From positions 1 to 42,821 of the forward strand of contig JAUSCR010000015.1 of assembly GCA_030651175.1 (NCBI GenBank): DNA of 42,821 nt. The letters run 5' to 3'. Below the pieces are notes generated by a model. It worked only from the letters and a program-made list of their open reading frames with translations. It did not search any database and was not told the DNA's origin. The position numbers were made by a program, and so were the translations under genes. Positions 8,832-17,874 of this stretch are shown here, in pieces. How positions within the stretch are numbered: the first letter of the stretch is position 1; each line of letters begins with the position of its first letter. This DNA is from Dehalococcoidia bacterium (GTDB lineage Bacteria > Chloroflexota > Dehalococcoidia > Lucifugimonadales > SHYF01).

Positions 8832-10109
8832 GTGCGGAGCTTGGAGATCGATAGTTTACTGGCAATCTTTGTCCTGGTCGCGTCCATCCTTGCCTTCGCG
8901 GGCGTAGGCGTGTTCCAGGCGGCGTTCCTTCCTCTGGGGCTAGCGGGTGGCTTGCCGTGGCCGGAGGGGGATGTCCCCGCACGTCCTGTTCGCAAACTGA
9001 TCGCCCGCTATCACCGCACTGCTATCCTGCTAGCCCTTTTGAGGATGGCGTCAGGGTTGGCCGCAGGGCTGTCTCTGGGCCACTGGGCAGTTCAGGGGGC
9101 CGGGGGCACTTGGGCACTTGCCGCCCTTGTTGGCATGGCCGCGCTGTTTGTCATGATTCTGCTGGAAGGCGTCGCTCAAGCACTGGGCAGGCTCTATTAC
9201 AGAGGCATCCTGCTGGTGGCCTCTCCTATAGTGGTGGGGGCATCCTGGGTGCTCAATCCTGTCCTCTCGGCCCTGGAGCAGGTGGGCATGGTGGCGCAGC
9301 GCCGCCGGCGGACCGGCGCTGACAGCCTTGGTGGCGGTCAGCCAGAAAACCACGATGGCGATGTGCTATCCCATCCGGTGGAAGCGGCTGTCAGGGGGGC
9401 CGATGCCCAGGAGCGCCAGATGATCAGGGCCATCCTTAGCCTGGAGGATGTCCCCGCCAGAGAGATCATGGTGCCTCGCGTGGATATTCTGTCCACGGAG
9501 GTAAGCACTTCTCTGCAAGAGGTGGCGGCCCTGATGGCCCAAGGCGGCCATAGCAGGATTCTGGTGTACCAAGAGAGCATAGACAACGTGGTGGGCATAG
9601 TCCATGCCCGCGACGTGCTGCAGAGCCTTGCTTTGGAGGGGAGTGGCGCGGGCCTGGCGGATATATCTCGGCCTGCCCTGTTCATCCCTGACTCCATGTC
9701 TCTGGACCAGTTGCTCAAAGAGTTCCAAGGGCGGCACGCCTCCATCGCGGTGGTGGTGGACGAGTACGGAGGCACCGAGGGGCTGGTTACTATAGAGGAT
9801 CTGCTGGAAGAGATAGTAGGAGAGATAGAGGACGAGTTTGCCACCAAAGGGCCCACTATAGTGCGAATCAGCGAGTCGGAGGCCGTAATAGACGGGCGGG
9901 TCACCGTGGAGGAGGTTAACGAGCTGTTCGAAACCCAGCTGGAAGGCGATGGCTTTCATACGGTAGCTGGGTTGCTTTCAAATCATCTGGGTAGGATTCC
10001 CACCGTTGGTGATAGTGTTGTCCTGGAGGGCCTGACCTTGCGTGTCCTTTCCACCACTGGCCGCCGGGTGCGCCAGGTGAGTGTTACCCGGGAGTTGCCA
10101 CAGGTCTAG
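8832..10109 (+). CDS. CNNM/CorC-type hemolysin-family membrane protein (DUF21 + CBS pair + CorC_HlyC)
   Basis: 425 aa with a GTG start after GGAAGGGA. It has N-terminal TM helices, EIMVPRVDI, VVDEYGGTEGLVTIEDLLEEIVGEIEDE and a C-terminal transporter-associated domain. Confidence 0.85.
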   Translation: MRSLEIDSLLAIFVLVASILAFAGVGVFQAAFLPLGLAGGLPWPEGDVPARPVRKLIARYHRTAILLALLRMASGLAAGLSLGHWAVQGAGGTWALAALVGMAALFVMILLEGVAQALGRLYYRGILLVASPIVVGASWVLNPVLSALEQVGMVAQRRRRTGADSLGGGQPENHDGDVLSHPVEAAVRGADAQERQMIRAILSLEDVPAREIMVPRVDILSTEVSTSLQEVAALMAQGGHSRILVYQESIDNVVGIVHARDVLQSLALEGSGAGLADISRPALFIPDSMSLDQLLKEFQGRHASIAVVVDEYGGTEGLVTIEDLLEEIVGEIEDEFATKGPTIVRISESEAVIDGRVTVEEVNELFETQLEGDGFHTVAGLLSNHLGRIPTVGDSVVLEGLTLRVLSTTGRRVRQVSVTRELPQV

Positions 10110-10149
10110 GCCCGATGTCCCGATGCCAGCCCGCCAGCAGCCATCCAAC

Positions 10150-10310
10150 ATCCCGCTTGTGGTGAACCCTTATTCTCACCCCGCTCACTCCCTTCGACAA
10201 GCTCAGGGTGAGCGGAAATAATTACGCGGGTCGCTCATGGTAAGCTCACCATTCCCCGTTCATGGTGAGCCTAGTTTACCCTGAGCGGAGTCGAAGGGAA
10301 CCACATGGGC
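10150..10310. repeat. structured GC-rich intergenic repeat element (family 1, copy A)
   Basis: It lies in the convergent gap between the CorC-like gene and cysS. The segment ccgctcactcccttcgacaagctcagggtgagcgg (10181-10215) matches 14202-14236 with 4 mismatches in 35. An internal imperfect inverted repeat pairs tcccttcgacaagctcagggt with accctgagcggagtcgaaggga. Confidence 0.7.
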
Positions 10311-10323
10311 GGGGGACAGGCCG

Positions 10324-11709
10324 TCAGGCGGGTTCAGGCCGCTGGAAACGCCACGTGGTCCCCTGGGGCGAGTCCTCCAGGGCCACGCCCATTTGCGTTA
10401 GCCGGGCACGGATGGAGTCGGCCAGGGCGAACTGCTTAGCCTCTCGGAGCTTGGAACGAGTCTCCACCAGCAGCTCGATGAAGGGCTGGGCGCCAACGTT
10501 GTCCTGGGACTCCGCCGCTTGGAATGTCAGCCCAAGGACACCGCCCAGCTTGCGGAGCATTGCCTGGGCTGGCCGGACGTCCTTGCTCTCTTCTTTGCCA
10601 CGGTTGATGTCGTGAGCCAGGTCAAAGAGGACGGCCAAAGCCCGGGGCGTGTTGAGGTCGTCGTCCATTGCTTCCTCGAACCGAGGTTGGTACACCTCTA
10701 CTGCGACAGGCCCGCCTCCGACGGACGGGCTATCCCTAAGGGCCGTGCGCATTCGTTCGATGCCCCGCTGCTGTGCCACGATCTCATCCTCGCTGTAGGC
10801 CCGCGGGCTGCGGTAGTGCGACGACAGGAGGAACAGGCGTATCGCATCAGGATGGTAGCGGGCCAGGGCGTCCCGGATGCTGACGAAGTTGCCCGAGTGT
10901 CGGGTCATCTTCTCATCATCGCTTTCGGTCAGGCGCAGCAGGCCGTTGTGGACCCAGAAGCGGACAAACGGTGTGACGCCGGTGTAGGCCTCCGCCTGTG
11001 CGATCTCGTTCTCGTGGTGGGGGAAGACAAGGTCCTGGCCGCCGCCGTGGATGTCCAGTTGCTTGCCCAGCAGGCTGGTGGACATGGCCGTGCATTCGAT
11101 ATGCCATCCTGGACGGCCTAGGCCCCAGGGGCTGGGCCAGGATGGCTCGCCCTCTTTGGTCGCCTTCCACAGCACAAAGTCCATGGGGTCTTCCTTGCGG
11201 GCGTCCACCTCAATGCGCGCGCCAGCCTCCATATCGTCCAGTCGCCGCTTGGAGAGCTGTCCATAGGTCGGGAAGCTTCGGACTCGGAAGTGGACGTCGC
11301 CATCCACCGCGTAGGCATGGCCGTTGGCCACCAGCGCCTGTACAATCTCAATCATGCGCTCAATGTATTGCGTAGCACGAGTGTAGTCGTGCGCCCGCTG
11401 GATGCCCAGGCCGTCCATCTCCTGGAGGAATCGCTGAATGTACTGCTCGGCCAGGTCGGTGATGGTGCGGCCCTGCTGCCGGGCCACTTCGATGATGCGG
11501 TCTTCTATGTCTGTGAAATTCTGCACGTGTTTTACCTGGTAGCCTCTATGCTCTAGATAGCGCCGGAGCACGTCGAAGACGACGTAGGAGAAGGCGTGGC
11601 CAACGTGGCAGGGGCCGTACAGGTTAGGCCCGCAGACGTAGATGCGCACCTGCCCTGCGGCGGGGGCGAAATCCTTCTTGGTGCCGGAGAGAGTGTCGTA
11701 CAGTTTCAT
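10324..11709 (-). CDS. cysS: cysteine--tRNA ligase
   Basis: 461 aa. The HIGH region is YVCGPNLYGPCHVGHA and the KMSKS-like motif is KMTRHSGN. It overlaps ispF by 4 nt. Confidence 0.93.
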   Translation of the reverse strand: MKLYDTLSGTKKDFAPAAGQVRIYVCGPNLYGPCHVGHAFSYVVFDVLRRYLEHRGYQVKHVQNFTDIEDRIIEVARQQGRTITDLAEQYIQRFLQEMDGLGIQRAHDYTRATQYIERMIEIVQALVANGHAYAVDGDVHFRVRSFPTYGQLSKRRLDDMEAGARIEVDARKEDPMDFVLWKATKEGEPSWPSPWGLGRPGWHIECTAMSTSLLGKQLDIHGGGQDLVFPHHENEIAQAEAYTGVTPFVRFWVHNGLLRLTESDDEKMTRHSGNFVSIRDALARYHPDAIRLFLLSSHYRSPRAYSEDEIVAQQRGIERMRTALRDSPSVGGGPVAVEVYQPRFEEAMDDDLNTPRALAVLFDLAHDINRGKEESKDVRPAQAMLRKLGGVLGLTFQAAESQDNVGAQPFIELLVETRSKLREAKQFALADSIRARLTQMGVALEDSPQGTTWRFQRPEPA

Positions 11710-12182
11710 TGGACAGGCTCGATGAGCACTATGGCCTGGGCCGCTATCCCCTCTTCTGTGCCGGCGAATCCCATGCCGTCGGTGGTGGTTGCTTTGATGC
11801 TTATCAGATCAATCCCCACATGCAAGGACGCACCCACGGCCTGGCGCATCTGAGCAATGTAGGGCGCCAGGCGGGGGCGCTCGGCCACAATTGTAGCATC
11901 CACGTTCCGTACCTGCCACCCGTGGCCGGACAGCAACTCGCCCACACGGGCCAGCAGAAAAAGGCTGCTGATGTTTGCGTATTGAGGGTCGTCCGATGAA
12001 AAGTGGTTTCCTATATCCCCCAGTGCGGCTGCGCCCAAGAGGGCGTCTATGATAGCGTGGACTGCCACGTCGCCATCGCTGTGGCCGGCCAGTCCCAGAC
12101 GGTATGGGACGACTACGCCGCCCAGGATCAGAGGCCTGCCTGGGACCAGCCTGTGGGCATCGTAGCCAATTCCCACTCTCAC
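11706..12182 (-). CDS. ispF: 2-C-methyl-D-erythritol 2,4-cyclodiphosphate synthase
   Basis: 158 aa with the motifs GYDAHRL, GHSDGDV and KATTTDGMGF. Confidence 0.93.
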   Translation of the reverse strand: MRVGIGYDAHRLVPGRPLILGGVVVPYRLGLAGHSDGDVAVHAIIDALLGAAALGDIGNHFSSDDPQYANISSLFLLARVGELLSGHGWQVRNVDATIVAERPRLAPYIAQMRQAVGASLHVGIDLISIKATTTDGMGFAGTEEGIAAQAIVLIEPVQ

Positions 12183-12901
12183 ACGGCCAGTCCTTCCCGG
12201 CGATGGAGCAGCGCCTCGGCCACCAGCACGTCTTCTCTTGTGGTCACCTTGATGTTGGCATATGAGCCGAAGAAGATGTGCACCGGATGGCCCAGTCGCT
12301 CCACCAGAGCTGCATCATCGGTAGCGTCTATGCCCGTTTGCCTGTATGCCCTCTGTAGCACGTCCCACGGAAAAACTTGAGGTGTTTGCGCCGCCCACAG
12401 CTTCTGTCTGTCCAGAGTTTCAATAACCATGCCCTGGTCGCCGACCACTTTCAACGTGTCCTTCACAGGCACCGCGGCCACCGCCGATCCCCAGCTTGCC
12501 GCCTCTTCCAGCCCGCGTTCAATGAGCTCCGGCTCCACGCAGGGGCGTGCGCCATCGTGGACTATCACCCAGGGGTGCGGTGCAAGATGCTCCAGCCCTT
12601 GCCGCGCTGAGTCCTGGCGGCGCTCTCCACCCAGGCAGACCTTGTGCACCTTGGCAAAGCCTCGCTCTTGCACTATGGCCTTGCCTTGTTCCAGGTTGGC
12701 GGGGCTAAGCACCAGCACAACGCTCTGAACGGAGGGCGCCGCCTCAAAAGCGGCCAACGTATGCGCGATGAGAGGAATACCCAGGATGGGCAAAAAGAGC
12801 TTGTCCACCCCCTCCATACGGCTGCTGTGTCCTGCCGCCACAATGATAGCCCCTGCTCGGTGGTCCTGACTCCCGCCGGGGGACCTGACGAAGGTTGACA
12901 T
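12179..12901 (-). CDS. ispD: 2-C-methyl-D-erythritol 4-phosphate cytidylyltransferase
   Basis: It has the AAGHSSRM motif (AAGxGxRM). I prefer the ATG at 12901 (MSTFVR...), 1 nt after the upstream stop, over the track start at 12925, which would overlap by 23 nt. Confidence 0.88.
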   Translation of the reverse strand: MSTFVRSPGGSQDHRAGAIIVAAGHSSRMEGVDKLFLPILGIPLIAHTLAAFEAAPSVQSVVLVLSPANLEQGKAIVQERGFAKVHKVCLGGERRQDSARQGLEHLAPHPWVIVHDGARPCVEPELIERGLEEAASWGSAVAAVPVKDTLKVVGDQGMVIETLDRQKLWAAQTPQVFPWDVLQRAYRQTGIDATDDAALVERLGHPVHIFFGSYANIKVTTREDVLVAEALLHRREGLAV

Positions 12902-12902
12902 A

Positions 12903-14060
12903 CTACCGTGCCCTGGTCTGGGCAAAGATGAGACGCCCGGCCGCTGTTTGGAGCACCCGCGTCACGGCTACATCTATCGTGTTATCAAGATAGCGCCGGC
13001 CATTCTCCACCACCACCATGGTGCCGTCGTCCAGAAAGGCCACTCCCTGCCCTGCCTCTTTACCCTCCTGGATGACGTGTACACGCAGCTCCTCGCCGGG
13101 CAAGACCACGGACTTGAGAGCGTTGGCCAGCTCGTTGACGTTCAGCACCCGCACGCCCTGGATCTCTGCCACGCGATTCAAATTGAAGTCAGTGGTCAAG
13201 ATGGGCGCTCCAAGACTCTTCGCCAGCTTTACCAGCTTGGCATCCACCTCCATGCCGTCCCATTGGTCCACGTCCGTCACCTGGATGGGAACGATGGCCT
13301 CTTTTCGCAGCTTGTTGAGCATCTCCAGACCCCGGCGGCCTCGGTTCCGCCTTGCAGAATCGCTGGAGTCGGCAATGTGGCGCAACTCGTCCAGTACAAA
13401 CCGGGGAATGACCAGCGTACCGTGGACGAACCCTGTTTGGCTGATGTCGGCAATGCGGCCATCAATAATGGCGCTGGTGTCCATAATGATCTGGCCGTCG
13501 TGACGTCCGTCAGTTCGCGCAGAGGGATCGCCCTGAGGCAGGAACTGGACCAGGTCGCGCTCCCGGCTCAAAGCCACCAGCGCACCCATGATCCCGAATA
13601 GCGCGCTTAGAGCTATGGGAACCCAGATGCCAGGCCAGCCGGGAATGCGGGCCAGGGGCGCCGACAGAAGAAGGGCAAGCACCAGACCAGTGATGAGCCC
13701 CAGGACGGCGGCAAGGATGCGAACGCCAGGGGTTTTCCTGGCTGTCCGAAGGATGGCACGGTAGGGTAAGACCGTTACGTACGGGGTGAGGAGGCCGCCC
13801 ACAAGCACGCCAGCCACTGCGCCGGCGATGTTCCCCGGGAGAGACTTAGGCAATACCCAAGCCTCTCCCGCCAGCGGGCCAGCCAGCCAGCCTCCCGCAC
13901 CCAGCACCGACGCTCCTATTACACGAGCGATTACGTAAGAGAGCACTACGCCCACCTCCCCCGCAACCTCATCGCCAATCTGCAACGACTTGTGAAGAAC
14001 AAATAAGAACAAGCTCCAACACATTGGCGGAAGGTGTGAGTCCCTGACTTGGAATCCCAC
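12903..14060 (-). CDS. yacL: membrane-anchored PIN + TRAM domain protein (YacL-like)
   Basis: It has N-terminal TM helices, a PIN motif (IMDTSAIIDGRI...TTDFNLNRVA) and a C-terminal TRAM-like beta domain. Its position upstream of ispD-ispF is as in Bacillus. The exact start is uncertain. Confidence 0.8.
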   Translation of the reverse strand: MGFQVRDSHLPPMCWSLFLFVLHKSLQIGDEVAGEVGVVLSYVIARVIGASVLGAGGWLAGPLAGEAWVLPKSLPGNIAGAVAGVLVGGLLTPYVTVLPYRAILRTARKTPGVRILAAVLGLITGLVLALLLSAPLARIPGWPGIWVPIALSALFGIMGALVALSRERDLVQFLPQGDPSARTDGRHDGQIIMDTSAIIDGRIADISQTGFVHGTLVIPRFVLDELRHIADSSDSARRNRGRRGLEMLNKLRKEAIVPIQVTDVDQWDGMEVDAKLVKLAKSLGAPILTTDFNLNRVAEIQGVRVLNVNELANALKSVVLPGEELRVHVIQEGKEAGQGVAFLDDGTMVVVENGRRYLDNTIDVAVTRVLQTAAGRLIFAQTRAR

Positions 14061-14194
14061 ATCTTGATTACATAATAAAGTGTATCAGATTGAAGTTGAA
14101 TCTGTCAAAAACGGCAGTACCGTTGGCTTATGAGGGGTGTCCAGTCCCCCGACCAATGGTGATGAACGAAATATCTTGCCACCTTCGTTGGCAC

Positions 14195-14290
14195 AATAAT
14201 CCCGCTCATTCCCTTCGACAGGCTCAGGATGAGCGGGATTATTGCTCCGCTCGTGGTGAGCCTGTCGAACCATGCGAGCGGAGCAAGGTG
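14195..14290. repeat. structured GC-rich intergenic repeat element (family 1, copy B)
   Basis: The segment ccgctcattcccttcgacaggctcaggatgagcgg is homologous to 10181-10215. There is a perfect 12-bp inverted repeat, ttcgacaggctc / gagcctgtcgaa. The ORFs at 14085-14294(-) and 14090-14302(+) are translations of this repeat. Confidence 0.7.
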
Positions 14291-14474
14291 TCAATTCATT
14301 AGGCTAAAGACCATTAGTGCCAGGCTGAGCCACTACCACCTAAAAGCGAACAAAACTTGCAGTAGAGACTATGGCTAGCCTGGCCATCAGTGACATCCGC
14401 CATTGACAACGTCAAGCATCCAACCCAGAATTGGGGACAAGGCTCTGGCTACTACACAGCGGGGGAGAACGTTT

Positions 14475-15929
14475 ATGCGTTTCAAGGACATACGCGAGTT
14501 CATCGGCTTCTTGGAAGGGAAGGGCGAGCTGCGGCGTATCAAGGCTCCCGTTAGCTGCGAGTTGGAGATTACAGAGATAGCGGACCGCGTGAGCAAGACC
14601 GGCGGCCCGGCTCTCCTCTTTGAGAACGTGGAAGGGTACGACATGCCCGTTCTCATCAACGCCTACGGCTCTGCGCAGCGCATGGCGTGGGCGCTGGGCG
14701 TAGAGCGCCTGGACGATCTGGCGGAGCGGGTGCGCAAGCTCCTGGGCCTGGTGCAGGGGCCACCCCAGGGAATGTTGGACAAGGTGCGCACCCTGGGAGA
14801 GCTGGTAAAGATGGCATCGTACCAGCCCAAGCTGGTGCGGAACGCGCCATGCCAGGAGGTGGTCCTCACCGGAGACCAGGTGGACCTGAACCGGTTTCCC
14901 ATCCTCAAGTGCTGGCCCTTGGACGGCGGACGCACCATCACTCTGCCACTGGTCATCACCCGCGACCCCCAGACAGGCACCCGCAACGTGGGAATGTACC
15001 GCATGCAGGTATACGACGGGCGAACCACGGGAATGCACTGGCAGACCCACAAGGTGGGCACCCACCACATGCGCGTGGCCAGGGAGACGGGGCAGCCTCG
15101 CCTGGATGTGGCCGTTGCCCTGGGCGGCGATCCAGCCACATTGTGGACAGGTTCGGCCCCTCTGCCTCCAGACATGGACGAGTTCCTGGTTGCCGGATTC
15201 CTGCGGGATGAGGGCCTGGAGCTGGTGAAGTGCAAGACGGTTGACCTGGAGGCGCCAGCACACGCGGAGATAGTGTTGGAAGGGTACGTGGACCCGGAGG
15301 AGCTGCTCCCTGAAGGGCCTTTCGGCGACCACACGGGCTACTACTCGCCGAAGGAGCCGTACCCTGTCTTCCACGTAACGGCCATCACCCACAGGCGCAA
15401 CCCCATCTACCCTACCATCATAGTGGGCAGGCCGCCTATGGAGGACTACTACATGGGCAAAGCCACGGAGCGCCTGTTCCTGCCCATAATCCAGATGGTG
15501 GTGCCGGAGATTGTGGACATAAACATGCCTGCGGAGGGTGTTTTCCACAACCTGGTCATCGTGTCCATCAAGAAGGAGTACCCAGGCCAGGCCCGCAAGG
15601 TGATGTACGCCATGTGGGGGCTAGGCCTGATGATGCTGGCCAAGACAATCATTGTGGTGGACGGCTACGTGGATGTGCAGGACCTATCGGAGGTGGCATG
15701 GCGCGTCACCAACAACATAGACCCGTCCCATGACGTGGTGTTCGCCAGCGGGCCGCTGGACGACCTGGACCACGCTGCGGCGGAGGCCAAGTTCGGCAGC
15801 AAGATGGGGATAGACGCCACGGCCAAGGGGCCTATGGAGGGCCGCGCCCGCGAGTGGCCGCCAGACATAGTCATGAGCGATGAGGTCAAGGCACTGGTGG
15901 ACAGGAAGTGGCAGGGGTACGGGATATAG
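14475..15929 (+). CDS. UbiD-family (prenyl-FMN dependent) decarboxylase, menaquinone/ubiquinone-type
   Basis: It begins MRFKDIREFIGFLEGKGELRRIKAPV, which is typical of the UbiD family. I prefer the ATG at 14475, preceded by GGGGGAG, over the track start at 14403. No ubiX is nearby. Confidence 0.85.
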   Translation: MRFKDIREFIGFLEGKGELRRIKAPVSCELEITEIADRVSKTGGPALLFENVEGYDMPVLINAYGSAQRMAWALGVERLDDLAERVRKLLGLVQGPPQGMLDKVRTLGELVKMASYQPKLVRNAPCQEVVLTGDQVDLNRFPILKCWPLDGGRTITLPLVITRDPQTGTRNVGMYRMQVYDGRTTGMHWQTHKVGTHHMRVARETGQPRLDVAVALGGDPATLWTGSAPLPPDMDEFLVAGFLRDEGLELVKCKTVDLEAPAHAEIVLEGYVDPEELLPEGPFGDHTGYYSPKEPYPVFHVTAITHRRNPIYPTIIVGRPPMEDYYMGKATERLFLPIIQMVVPEIVDINMPAEGVFHNLVIVSIKKEYPGQARKVMYAMWGLGLMMLAKTIIVVDGYVDVQDLSEVAWRVTNNIDPSHDVVFASGPLDDLDHAAAEAKFGSKMGIDATAKGPMEGRAREWPPDIVMSDEVKALVDRKWQGYGI

Positions 15930-15995
15930 GACGGTAAGCCGTATCCGCGCACGCGGTGATGCCTCTGATTCCGGCCGGAATCAGAAGGAGGGCCG

Positions 15996-16430
15996 TTGAG
16001 CATCCACGCCAAATGGTTCGTAGTTGCTAGTGCCGCGGTCATCGCTATCGGGGCCATGGTCGCCGTGAACTTCTTGCTGACGTCAGGGCCAGCACCGCTC
16101 ATGACCACCAAAGCCTTCTACGATGCCGCCGAGCGCGGGGATTACCAAGAGGCGTACGCACAGTTCCACTCGGACCTCCAGGCAGCCCAGTCATTCCAGG
16201 AGTTTGGGGCTCTCGCAAGAGACCTTGAAGTGTTCGGTCACGCGACCTACCGGCGTTGGTCCACGGAGGTAAAAGACGGTGTAGCGACGGTCGAGGGCGC
16301 GATCACCGTAGAGAACGATGTCCAAGTCTCGGCCGTGTTTCGCCTTGTCGAGGAGAACGGCAACTGGAAAATCATCACCTACACGGTGCAGTCTGGGCAG
16401 AGCAGTGTCATATCAAGTCCATCGTCCTGA
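15996..16430 (+). CDS. membrane-anchored small protein with an NTF2-like (DUF4864-like) ectodomain
   Basis: 144 aa with a TTG start after GGAGGG. It has one N-terminal TM helix, then FYDAAERGDYQEAYAQFHSDLQ...ENGNWKIITYTV. The family call is from memory. Confidence 0.55.
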   Translation: MSIHAKWFVVASAAVIAIGAMVAVNFLLTSGPAPLMTTKAFYDAAERGDYQEAYAQFHSDLQAAQSFQEFGALARDLEVFGHATYRRWSTEVKDGVATVEGAITVENDVQVSAVFRLVEENGNWKIITYTVQSGQSSVISSPSS

Positions 16431-16761
16431 CCACAAACGCCGCCTCGCCGCCCTCGCACTCGGGCTGGCAGTGCTGGGTCTCGTGGCGTGTGCCTTGTTC
16501 TTCACCATCACTGAGCCGGTGGGTGTCCCCTTCGACGCCCCGGAGCGCATCAGCTACTACCGGCAGGCCGCCATGCTGCTTGTATCCGCCGTGGGTCTCG
16601 CCATCTCCGGCCTCGTCACGGGGCGTGCAGCTTTGCCGTCACGCCTCGCCTACGCCGCACTGGCGCTGGGCGTCGTCGGCATAGCAGCCGGCGGACTCCT
16701 TCTCCTGGCCCTTGTTGGACTCTGCGGACCAACCGTCCTCTGGGGCTATTGCAACCCATAA
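16405..16761 (+). CDS. hypothetical small membrane protein (3 predicted TM helices)
   Basis: This is the same frame as track ORF 16318-16761. I prefer the GTG at 16405 because the track start lies deep inside the previous gene. The sequence is hydrophobic (LAALALGLAVLGLVACALFF, AAMLLVSAVGLAISGLV, LALGVVGIAAGGLLLLALVGL). Confidence 0.45.
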   Translation: MSYQVHRPDHKRRLAALALGLAVLGLVACALFFTITEPVGVPFDAPERISYYRQAAMLLVSAVGLAISGLVTGRAALPSRLAYAALALGVVGIAAGGLLLLALVGLCGPTVLWGYCNP

Positions 16762-16791
16762 GTCTAACCCGATCTCAAAAAGGAGCGTGTC

Positions 16792-17037
16792 ATGACCAAA
16801 CAGTTCATCAATCCTGACGCCCTATCCAAACCGACCGGCTACACTCACGTGGTGAAGGCGGGCAACCTGGTGTTCATAGCCGGGCAGGCGGGAGCGGGCG
16901 GAAACGGAAACGTGGCGGTTGGAGTTGTGCTGGCCCAGGCCCTTCCGGCGCTTGTGATGCCAGAGCTACTCAGTGGCATCAATCAGCCCTTTGCTCAGGG
17001 CGTACTTGATCAGTTGAGTCCGGCTATGGAGACCTAG
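16792..17037 (+). pseudogene. truncated RidA/YjgF-family gene remnant
   Basis: The first 35 or so codons (MTKQFINPDALSKPTGYTHVVKAGNLVFIAGQ) match the RidA N-terminus. Similarity is then lost, and the reading frame runs antisense into the 3' end of the response regulator. The ORF is 81 aa, against about 125 aa expected. Confidence 0.5.
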
Positions 17038-17640
17038 CTTATCCATGATCCTGGCGCGGTGAGTCTGCACTGTGTTGGGGCTCAAGTACATGGCCTCCGC
17101 TATCTCCTGGTTTGTCTTCCCATCGCCGATAAGCTTGAGCACCTCTCGCTCCCTCGTAGTAAGGCCATCATAGCTTACCCGTTCCGCGCCACTGGCCGAC
17201 CCATGGACATAGCTATGTACCAGTTTCCCGGCTACGGAAGGGTGCAGGTATACCCCCCCTTGATGTACCGCTCGCAGTGCGAAGACCAGTTCAGCAAAAG
17301 AGGCCCCTTTCAATACATAGCCGGAAGCGCCTTCAGACAGTATCCTGAAGAAATACTCGGCACCCTCATGGACGGTCAGGGCCAACACCTGAACATTTGG
17401 GAACTCACTCTTTATCGCCCTGGTGGCCTCAAACCCGCTCATGTTGGGCATGGTGATATCCATGAGCACAATGTCCGGACGGAGCTCGCGCACCTTGCTC
17501 AAAGCCTGAGAGCCATCTGTTGCCTCTCCCACCACCTCGACATCTTCGTGACCATTGAGAAGGGAACGGATGCCCTCTCGGACAATGGCATGGTCCTCAA
17601 CCAGCAAGACTTTTATCTTTTCTCTCGTGGGTTTCTCCAT
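16966..17640 (-). CDS. NarL/FixJ-family response regulator (REC + LuxR-type HTH)
   Basis: I prefer the ATG at 17640 (MEKPTREKIKVLLVEDH). It has the phospho-acceptor region VLMDITMP and the HTH LTTREREVLKLIGDGKTNQEIAEAMYLSPNTVQTHR. Confidence 0.9.
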   Translation of the reverse strand: MEKPTREKIKVLLVEDHAIVREGIRSLLNGHEDVEVVGEATDGSQALSKVRELRPDIVLMDITMPNMSGFEATRAIKSEFPNVQVLALTVHEGAEYFFRILSEGASGYVLKGASFAELVFALRAVHQGGVYLHPSVAGKLVHSYVHGSASGAERVSYDGLTTREREVLKLIGDGKTNQEIAEAMYLSPNTVQTHRARIMDKLGLHSRTQLIKYALSKGLIDATE

Positions 17641-17874
17641 TGCGATACCTCGCTCCGCAGCAGTATAGATGAAGCGTACCGTTTTTTCTACTTCTATGGC
17701 CGGGCAAGCCTTGACCCAAAAGTCCTGGACCTCACCCTCTGTGTCCCCCTCTCCGCGTCGGAGAGGGGGATTTTTGAATCTGGGGGATACCTCCGACTTT
17801 GTCGCGAGTCTCGATGGCTCTGCCATCGGACCCCAGACCCCCAGCGGGAACCGAGGTTCCCTGCGCCTTCCTGA

